Below, piece by piece: positions 57,097 to 64,000 of a stretch of 64,000 nucleotides of DNA. Positions within the stretch are counted from its first letter, which is position 1. Each line of letters opens with the position of its first letter. Origin of the DNA: an uncultured Candidatus Saccharibacteria bacterium (GTDB lineage Bacteria; Patescibacteriota; Saccharimonadia; Saccharimonadales; JAGQNJ01); NCBI GenBank assembly GCA_964426755.1, contig CAYRRR010000001.1:58946-122945 (forward strand), given 5' to 3'. Both the position numbers and the translations under genes were made by a program. The notes beneath the pieces were generated by a model. The model was given only the letters and a program-made list of their open reading frames with translations. It searched no databases and had not been told where the DNA came from.

Positions 57097-58199
57097 CAAC
57101 ACCCGAACAAAAACAGTTACCAGATTTTAGTGCCCTCGAAGGTATTAAGAAGCAGTCACTTATGTCGGTTTATTTTGCGGTAAGTGTGGCTGCTTATGTG
57201 CTTACAATGATTATTTCTGCCAAAACCGGGAATGCGGTGCCCCTGATGATTGTGATGGCACTAAGCGTTGTCGGTCTTTTGATCGTCTATTTGCAACAAA
57301 AAAAGCTTAAAAAAGCTAACATAGAAAAGTTTGCGCAATTTGCAGTAATAAATAATTTTGATTATGTCAACACAAACCGTCCGACCGGCAATGAAAGCGG
57401 TACGGTTTTCGGTCTGGGTACTGATCGAAGGCTTGTTAATATTATTGCCGGTCGCATTCGCAATTTACCATTTAGGACGTTCGAGTATAAATATACAATT
57501 CGAAGAGGCAAATCGACTCACACTATAGATTTGCAAGTTTTTGAAATAACCTTGCCTCGCATATTGCCGCATATGGTTATTGACTCATTGGTCGAATATG
57601 GTAACTGGAATGGCTCGGCGTTACCAATTAGTTTTGATAAATCTCAGAAAATTGAATTGGAAGGCGATTTTCATAAGTATTTTGCGCTCTATGCACCGGA
57701 TAAATACGGCATTAGTGCTCTGTCAATCATTGCTCCTGATGCAATGGAGGCGCTGATGAGGTACGCAGCGATGTGCGATATAGAGATTATTGATAACAAA
57801 ATATATTTCTTATGGGCTGATGTAGCTAACAGCAAGCAACAATATGAAAAAATCTTTGAGACGATAAATGGAGTTATGGCAGAGATCGAAGATAAGCTAA
57901 CCCGTGGTGATATCTTTGCTCACGATACGCATGCAAGGGTGCATGCTGAAGCTGCCGAAAAAGGTGTCAGACTTAAGAAAAGTCGGTGGCCGGGAAGAAT
58001 AATAGTCGGCGCTATTATTTTTTATTTTGCGTCCGTCATGTTCCAGGATATTATTCCATATGGAGTAAGAGAGGCTATTTACTGGCTTGGAATGGGTGGA
58101 GTCTATATATTGACTTTTATCGGTATCGTTTGGTCCTTACTTCAGTCGAGGCGTAAGCGCAACCTGCAAACACAGCTCCGTCAACGTAATTATAATTAA
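57087..58199 (+). CDS. membrane protein with two N-terminal and two C-terminal TM helices (DUF3137-like)
   Basis: 370 aa. Overlaps the corA stop by 10 nt. The family assignment is tentative. Confidence 0.55.
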   Translation: MALTTPEQKQLPDFSALEGIKKQSLMSVYFAVSVAAYVLTMIISAKTGNAVPLMIVMALSVVGLLIVYLQQKKLKKANIEKFAQFAVINNFDYVNTNRPTGNESGTVFGLGTDRRLVNIIAGRIRNLPFRTFEYKYTIRRGKSTHTIDLQVFEITLPRILPHMVIDSLVEYGNWNGSALPISFDKSQKIELEGDFHKYFALYAPDKYGISALSIIAPDAMEALMRYAAMCDIEIIDNKIYFLWADVANSKQQYEKIFETINGVMAEIEDKLTRGDIFAHDTHARVHAEAAEKGVRLKKSRWPGRIIVGAIIFYFASVMFQDIIPYGVREAIYWLGMGGVYILTFIGIVWSLLQSRRKRNLQTQLRQRNYN

Positions 58200-59380
58200 T
58201 CGCGCACAATTTTGATATTTTTCAGTTCTTCAGGCAAAAAGCCCCCAGTGTGTTTGAAACCTGCTTGCCATTGATAATCTTTTTGGTAGCCCAAATCTTT
58301 CATGAGCTTGGTTGGGGCATTTCTAAGGTGCAAGGGCACGGCTGCATCAGGAAAATCTTTGGCCGCTTTCGTAGCAGCGTACATAGCGTCAGCCACCGTG
58401 CGAGATTTTGGTGATTTTGCTAAAACGAGCGCACATTGATAGAGATTGTATGAGCATTCTGGCATACCGATGCGTTCTACGGCTTGAAAGGTGCTAACCG
58501 CTTGATTTAACGCCGCCGGAGCAGCAATGCCAATATCTTCACTGGCAAAAATTACCATTCGTCGAGCAATAAATTTTGGATCTTCACCTGCATCTAACAT
58601 GCGAGCTAAATAGTACAAAGCAGCATCAGGTTCGCTGCCACGCATGCTTTTAATAAAGGCACTTATTAAGTTGTAATGATATTCGCCTTGTTTATCATAT
58701 CCGGGCAAACGCCGCTGCGCCGCTGTTTTCACTGCGTCAATCGTCACCTTACCCTTGGATAATTCAAGCGCAAGTTCTAAGTTGCCAATAGCTACTCTCG
58801 CATCGCCGCCAGATAGCTCTGCCAGATAATCCAACGCTTTTTTATCAACTCCTGCTGTGGTCTTAAGACGCTTCAGTGCCCGCTTTAAAATTGCAATAAT
58901 ATCATCTTTTGAGTGCGGGTTAAGTACCAATACACGACTACGTGATAGAAGCGGTGTAATAACTTCAAAACTTGGATTTTCAGTTGTAGCGCCAATAAGC
59001 GTGATGAGACCACTTTCTACATGGGGCAGAAAAGCATCTTGTTGTGATTTATTAAAGCGATGAATCTCGTCTACGAATAGCAACGTTTGCATGCCCAGCC
59101 GCTGATTTTCTTCGGCTCGTTTAATAACTTGTCGCACCTCTGCCAAGCCGGCTGTTACGGCTGATAGCTCAATAAAGTCAGCCTCTACCTCTTTGGCAAT
59201 AATACGAGCTAGTGTTGTTTTGCCACTGCCGGGCGGGCCCCATAAAATAAGCGAAACGGGTCGTTTGTGTTTAATAATTTCACGCAGGATTTCACCCTCT
59301 CCTAATAGATGAGTTTGTCCGATCACTTCACTAATAGATTGGGGTCGCAGCGTATCAGCTAGCGGAGCGTCCTTGTTCAT
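58196..59380 (-). CDS. rarA: replication-associated recombination protein A (AAA+ ATPase RarA/MgsA)
   Basis: 394 aa. Walker A GPPGSGKTT, Walker B LLFVDEIHRFNK, and the C-terminal MgsA block (GEYHYNLISAFIKSMRGSEPDAALYYLARML). Confidence 0.93.
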   Translation of the reverse strand: MNKDAPLADTLRPQSISEVIGQTHLLGEGEILREIIKHKRPVSLILWGPPGSGKTTLARIIAKEVEADFIELSAVTAGLAEVRQVIKRAEENQRLGMQTLLFVDEIHRFNKSQQDAFLPHVESGLITLIGATTENPSFEVITPLLSRSRVLVLNPHSKDDIIAILKRALKRLKTTAGVDKKALDYLAELSGGDARVAIGNLELALELSKGKVTIDAVKTAAQRRLPGYDKQGEYHYNLISAFIKSMRGSEPDAALYYLARMLDAGEDPKFIARRMVIFASEDIGIAAPAALNQAVSTFQAVERIGMPECSYNLYQCALVLAKSPKSRTVADAMYAATKAAKDFPDAAVPLHLRNAPTKLMKDLGYQKDYQWQAGFKHTGGFLPEELKNIKIVRD

Positions 59381-59442
59381 AAGTAGTAGTATACTCTGTT
59401 GCCGAGCGGTGTATACTAAAAGTCAGTAAGAGGGAGACTACA

Positions 59443-60600
59443 ATGATACGGCATAAGCTAATCATCTTGGGTGTGGCGTTTATAACAGTAATGGTGTTGG
59501 CAGGTGTGGGAACAGCTCGGGCTCAAACAGTGCGGTCCGGAGACTCGGTTACTGTCAAAGCAGGTGAAAGAGTAGATAGCATGCTGTTTGCAGCTGGCAA
59601 TAATGTTGATATAGCTGGCGAGGTTAATGGTGATGTGTACTGTGCGGGTCAAAGCGTAATAATTAGTGGCACGGTGCAGGGTGATGTGTTTTGCGTTGGT
59701 CAAAATGTAAGAATTGCCGGCAAAATTGAAGGTAGTGTACGTGTTGCAGGTCAAAATGTCACGCATGGTGGAGAGGTTTTCGGTAGTATGACTGTTGCCT
59801 CACAAAGTTTTACAGCGGAAAGTTCAAGCCGAATCGGCAGAGACTTATTGGGCGGAACCCAAACAGCCAATCTTGACGGCATCATTTCACGAGATGTCGC
59901 ACTCGGAGCGGCTACCGGCTATATTACAAATCAAATTGGGCGAAATGTTAAAGGCGATATTGCTAACTTAACGTTAACAAGTAACGCACGCGTGGGGGGT
60001 GTAATCGAATATACAAGCGCAAATGAACCAACGGTTAATGAGGGGGCTCAAATAGCCAGCGGCATACAGCGCAAAACTCCACCTAAAGCCGAAACAAAGC
60101 CCCGTTACGCGCCTTTAGCGTTTACGTTCATGACGATTCTCTATATTTTCGTTGCATTGTTGCTTGTAATTCTGGCCTTAGCTGTACTAATTCCTCAAAT
60201 ATTACACGATGCATCGACTCGCTTAATGCGACAGCCAGGCAAGGTTATGGGTATTGGCTTGTTGGCGGGCTTAATTGTGCCGGTGCTAATAGTTTTATTA
60301 TTGATCTCAATTGTTGGTATACCGCTGGCATTGCTCGTAATCTTGCTATGGTGCACTATTGGCATGTTGAGCGGTCCATTTTCAGCTTACGCATTGGGGC
60401 GGCTAATGTTAAAAGATAGCAAAAGCCCTATTTTAATCGCATTATTAGGAGGCAGTGTTTTATTATTGCTTTACTTTGTACCGTTAATTGGCTTTTTTGC
60501 GCTCATTGGAGCCCATATAATTGGAACAGGCATGATAATTAATGACGCAATGTATCGATTGCCTAAGCCTGACCAAAAAGTTAGAACCAAACTTAAATAG
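59443..60600 (+). CDS. bactofilin-like (polymer-forming cytoskeletal family) beta-helix repeat protein with signal peptide and C-terminal polytopic membrane domain
   Basis: 385 aa. Signal-like N-terminus ending in ARAQ. Tandem repeats of the G-x-V-x-G-D/S-V type (IAGEVNGDVYCAGQSVIISGTVQGDVFCVGQNVRIAGKIEGSVRVAGQNV). About 4 TM helices at the C-terminus. Confidence 0.6.
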   Translation: MIRHKLIILGVAFITVMVLAGVGTARAQTVRSGDSVTVKAGERVDSMLFAAGNNVDIAGEVNGDVYCAGQSVIISGTVQGDVFCVGQNVRIAGKIEGSVRVAGQNVTHGGEVFGSMTVASQSFTAESSSRIGRDLLGGTQTANLDGIISRDVALGAATGYITNQIGRNVKGDIANLTLTSNARVGGVIEYTSANEPTVNEGAQIASGIQRKTPPKAETKPRYAPLAFTFMTILYIFVALLLVILALAVLIPQILHDASTRLMRQPGKVMGIGLLAGLIVPVLIVLLLISIVGIPLALLVILLWCTIGMLSGPFSAYALGRLMLKDSKSPILIALLGGSVLLLLYFVPLIGFFALIGAHIIGTGMIINDAMYRLPKPDQKVRTKLK

Positions 60601-60703
60601 TTGTAAGTGTTCATACAGACTACTATTTATTAGTAAGCTGCAAGAGGTTTATTAAAAAGTAAGTTATAGTAATTATGCTTTTTGTAACGTACAATAGATG
60701 TGA

Positions 60704-61222
60704 TTGATGAGCAGTCGGTTAGTAGTTCAAGCCAAAAGTACCACAAAAGAACGCATGAAATTTGCGGGTATCCTTATATTTTTATCAATAGCCGCAACAC
60801 TGATGGGTACACTGAACGGTTTTAATGGCCAAGAATGGATACGGTGGTTTTTGGGCGGATTTTTAATTATGTTCGGTGGCTTTAAGATGATTGGTATCGA
60901 AGTATTTTTGCGGGTTTTTCCGCTTTACGACCTCATAGCTAAGCGATTTGCGCTATATAAATATGCCTATCCTTTATTGCAGGCTTTTATTGGTATGTGG
61001 TACATCACCGGCTTAAGTCCGCTCCTTCGTGACATCATAGTGCTGGTTATTAGTTTTTCTGGTTTGTGGGGCATGCTAAAGCTTGTTTCGGCTCGGGGTG
61101 CGGTACGACTGGCATACCTAGGAAATATTATCCAGCTTCGTTATTCGACGGTAACAATTATTGAAAATGCCACTATTGTAACACTAGCTATCGTAATGCT
61201 CGCTACAGATATCGCGCTTTAA
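60704..61222 (+). CDS. polytopic membrane protein, unknown function
   Basis: 172 aa with 4-5 hydrophobic helices. The start is uncertain. Confidence 0.45.
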   Translation: MMSSRLVVQAKSTTKERMKFAGILIFLSIAATLMGTLNGFNGQEWIRWFLGGFLIMFGGFKMIGIEVFLRVFPLYDLIAKRFALYKYAYPLLQAFIGMWYITGLSPLLRDIIVLVISFSGLWGMLKLVSARGAVRLAYLGNIIQLRYSTVTIIENATIVTLAIVMLATDIAL

Positions 61223-62016
61223 GCTATAATATCTCTTCGCCTGAACACGAGCCATGAAATTATGCCGGTCAGTATTATGACAGCTAGAAAGAAATAAATA
61301 TTTGACCAGTTATAAGTCGATTCCATAATTTTGGCCGGTTGGTAATAATTGAATGCAAATATTTTTGACGGCCATTTGAGCCATTCCGCCGCACCTATGA
61401 GCGAAGCGATAATGTAGCCGCCGAGTGCGTACAGCGTAGCGATGCCAACACTGGCAATGCGAGCCCTACCGAACGAGGTGATCATAAATGATATCGATCC
61501 AAACGAAACAGCCATAAGCCAGCAGACTATCGAAGTCAGTAAAATGCCAACAGTACTTACTTCAAGTCTTACGATTTTTGATAATAGTGTGGTTACGATT
61601 GTCGCTAACAAAGCAACAACAAGCGTTATAATCAGTCCGGCTAGAGCTTTGCTGACAAGTAGCCTTGAGCGAGATATTGGTCGACTTAATAATAGCTCTA
61701 AGGTGCCTTCTTTTTCTTCTTTGCCAATAAGTGACGCGCCAAGTGAAATAGCCAATATGCCTAATAACATTGGCAGCATCAGGTAAAAAATTTGGCTACT
61801 TAAATAGCCAACAGGAGACATAAAGTCACCTGTATCAGACAATAGGGCCATGGCAGAATCGGGAATATCAGCAAATGCTTGCTCTAATTGTTGAGACTGA
61901 TCCCTAAAAGAAGGGTAGAAGGCAAGATTTAACGCAATGAAGGCAACAATGCCAATACTCCACCACATAATGCTCCAGCGTCGTTGCCATAATTCCGACG
62001 TAATAATGCTATGCAT
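61219..62016 (-). CDS. ABC-2 type transporter permease
   Basis: 6-TM protein directly downstream of the ABC ATPase. I prefer the start at the Met encoded at 62016, an 8-nt overlap with the ATPase stop, over the track start at 62058. Confidence 0.72.
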   Translation of the reverse strand: MHSIITSELWQRRWSIMWWSIGIVAFIALNLAFYPSFRDQSQQLEQAFADIPDSAMALLSDTGDFMSPVGYLSSQIFYLMLPMLLGILAISLGASLIGKEEKEGTLELLLSRPISRSRLLVSKALAGLIITLVVALLATIVTTLLSKIVRLEVSTVGILLTSIVCWLMAVSFGSISFMITSFGRARIASVGIATLYALGGYIIASLIGAAEWLKWPSKIFAFNYYQPAKIMESTYNWSNIYFFLAVIILTGIISWLVFRRRDIIA

Positions 62017-62920
62017 TTTTGTCTCCTGTTCCGTAATAACGCATAAACTCTTCTTCAAGATTTAACTCCTTGGTAGTAAGATGAGCAATTTTTTGTTGAG
62101 ACAAGAATTTTAATAAAGGTTCTAAGCTGCCTTTGACATGTATTACAAATGCGCCGTTTTGGTTCATTGCCTTTTTAACGCCTGCAATTTTACGAATATC
62201 ACCCAAAGAAACCTTATTGTTAAATACCACTTCGAACGTTTGCGATGCTTCAAGAGCCATATCAGCAATTTTATTTTCACTTACCAGTTTACCGTCACGA
62301 ATAATACCAACACGATCACACATTTTTTTCACTTCACTCAAATTGTGACTGCTGACGAACACTGTTGTGCCATTTGCTTGCAAGCGATTAACGAGTGCAT
62401 AAAAAGCTTCTTGCATCAGCGGATCAAGCCCGTCCGTTGGTTCATCTAAAATTAATACCTTAGGTTCATGCATGCATGCTTGAATGATTCCAATTTTTTG
62501 TCGATTTCCTTTTGATAAATCGCTTATGCGCTTTGTTAAGGTGGCATTAAAGGTCTTCACCAGTTCTTTAACAGCAATTTTGCGTTTCGGCGGCTGCAGG
62601 CTCGCCATAAAGTCTAAGAACTGTTGACCTGTCATCTTCTCATACGCTTTGAAGTCACCAGACAGATAGCCTAAGTGTTGACGTAGCTGGACTGCATCCT
62701 TAACGATGTCATAGCCTAAAATTGATGCGGTACCTTCAGATGGCTGGAGAAAGTTTAGCAAGGTTCTAATTGTTGTTGACTTCCCGGCACCGTTAGGTCC
62801 AAGAAAGCCGTATACCTCGGCTTTTTTTACCGTAAGCGTAAGATCTTTTAAAGCATATGCTCCGCTTGAGGCATAGCGCTTGCTAAGACTTTTAATTTCT
62901 ATCGTATTTTCAAGTTCCAT
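62009..62920 (-). CDS. ABC transporter ATP-binding protein (ABC-2/DrrA-like)
   Basis: 303 aa. Walker A GPNGAGKST, signature LSKGNRQK, Walker B VLILDEPTDGLD. Confidence 0.92.
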   Translation of the reverse strand: MELENTIEIKSLSKRYASSGAYALKDLTLTVKKAEVYGFLGPNGAGKSTTIRTLLNFLQPSEGTASILGYDIVKDAVQLRQHLGYLSGDFKAYEKMTGQQFLDFMASLQPPKRKIAVKELVKTFNATLTKRISDLSKGNRQKIGIIQACMHEPKVLILDEPTDGLDPLMQEAFYALVNRLQANGTTVFVSSHNLSEVKKMCDRVGIIRDGKLVSENKIADMALEASQTFEVVFNNKVSLGDIRKIAGVKKAMNQNGAFVIHVKGSLEPLLKFLSQQKIAHLTTKELNLEEEFMRYYGTGDKNA

Positions 62921-62959
62921 TGATTCTAGTGTAGATAATCACGTGCTACTATTCAATGA

Positions 62960-63529
62960 ATGAATGATTTATTACGGCAATCATCTGAAATTGTTGCCCC
63001 GGCGCTACTTGGTTGGCGGTTGGTGCGAACACTCGAGGGCAAACAACTGGCTGGCATGATTGTAGAAACAGAAGCATACGATCAAGCAGATGCTGCCAGT
63101 CACAGCTATAAAGGTATGACTGCGAGAACCCGAGTAATGTTTGGTGAGCCTGGTCATGCGTATGTTTACTTTACTTACGGAATGCACTACTGCGTGAATG
63201 TTGTGACCGGACGAAAAGGACGCGGCAGCGGTGTGCTGATACGCGCCCTTGAGCCACTTGAAGGAATTGAATCCATGCGTCAATTCAGAAAAATTGATAA
63301 TGTCGGCAGCCTTACAAATGGGCCGGCAAAGTTATGTCAAGCTTTAGCGATTGATAAGGCCTTTAATGGTCACAAGCTCTCAGAGCCACCGCTGCAGCTT
63401 ATGCCTCCGCTTGATAATCGTTCACTAAATATCAAATCGTCCACCCGAATAGGTATTAGTCGAGACACGCATCGGCTGTGGCGATTTTACGTCAAAGGCA
63501 ATGCCTATGTTTCACATCCCAAGCATTAG
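62960..63529 (+). CDS. mpg: DNA-3-methyladenine glycosylase (Mpg/AAG family)
   Basis: 189 aa. IVETEAYDQADAASHSYKG, GHAYVYFTYGMHYCVNVV, VLIRALEP and GPAKLCQAL are family blocks. Confidence 0.9.
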   Translation: MNDLLRQSSEIVAPALLGWRLVRTLEGKQLAGMIVETEAYDQADAASHSYKGMTARTRVMFGEPGHAYVYFTYGMHYCVNVVTGRKGRGSGVLIRALEPLEGIESMRQFRKIDNVGSLTNGPAKLCQALAIDKAFNGHKLSEPPLQLMPPLDNRSLNIKSSTRIGISRDTHRLWRFYVKGNAYVSHPKH

Positions 63530-63544
63530 CGGTATTATAGAGAT

Positions 63545-64000
63545 ATGACTAAAGCCGTTAAGGCAAGCAATAAAAAAAGTTTCCCGATATTAGTTGCTTT
63601 GCTGGTATCATTTTTGGTTTTTACCCTGCTTGCTAAAAGTAATACGATGCTGGGGATAGAGCAAACCATTTTTCAGTTCTTTCATCGCATACCCGAAAAA
63701 TTGGACGTCATAGTCATTAATATTACTCATTTTGGCAGCACGGCCGCTTTATATAGTATGGCAACTGTAACCTTTATTTTGGGTCAAAAAAAGCTCGGCT
63801 GGAGTCTTCTTATTAATGGCATGGGCGCTTATTTATCGGCGTGGCTACTGAAAGAGTTAATTATGCGGCCTCGTCCGGTTGGCTTATGGAACGAGGTTTT
63901 AGCGCGCGAAGGTGGTGTTATTAGTTACGGGTATCCTTCCGGTCATGCTGCAGTTGTCGCTGCTATTGCAGTAACACTGTGGCCGCATGTTTCAAAACAA
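63545..64000 (+). CDS. PAP2-family phosphatase (partial, 3' end beyond window)
   Basis: ATG at 63545 and the frame stays open to the window edge. PAP2 motifs KELIMRPRP and YPSGHAA. Several TM helices. Confidence 0.72.
   Translation, partial: MTKAVKASNKKSFPILVALLVSFLVFTLLAKSNTMLGIEQTIFQFFHRIPEKLDVIVINITHFGSTAALYSMATVTFILGQKKLGWSLLINGMGAYLSAWLLKELIMRPRPVGLWNEVLAREGGVISYGYPSGHAAVVAAIAVTLWPHVSKQ

Overview
Gene-dense bacterial chromosome segment using the standard code (TGA acts as a stop, e.g. 15649-15651). GC looks moderate but was not computed. The content is a minimal housekeeping set: sbcB, uvrA, uvrC, ligA, leuS, murF-ddl, rpmF, nusB-rnc, rpsP-KH-trmD, rplY, secG and rarA. It sits alongside many small membrane proteins, a membrane-anchored solute-binding protein, a large surface protein and almost no biosynthesis genes. 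This resembles a reduced-genome Patescibacteria/CPR organism, possibly Saccharibacteria, but that is inference from gene content only. There are eight tRNA genes, all with encoded 3' CCA. I saw no rRNA, CRISPR array, transposase or integrase. Most notable observations: (1) leuS carries a complete in-frame Nudix hydrolase domain with a perfect Nudix box, placed between the CP1 editing block and the return to the catalytic core. (2) Three tRNA genes (Val, Phe, Gln) are each followed by a terminator-like hairpin, about 130 nt of ORF-less hairpin-rich DNA, and a direct repeat of that tRNA's own 3' end; each unit totals 161-186 nt. (3) An orphan PafA/Dop (Pup ligase/deamidase) family gene lies in a tRNA-punctuated islet beside a papain/C39-like cysteine peptidase, with no pup, mpa or proteasome genes in the window. 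(4) A NOX-like transmembrane flavocytochrome is translationally coupled to an exported cytochrome b5-like protein. (5) A four-CBS protein has a ribosome-hibernation-factor-like C-terminus. (6) A 460-nt hairpin-dense non-coding region lies upstream of sbcB. (7) A csoR-DUF305-copB copper module has a perfect operator palindrome inside its promoter. All family calls rest on motifs read by eye and need HMM or structure confirmation.
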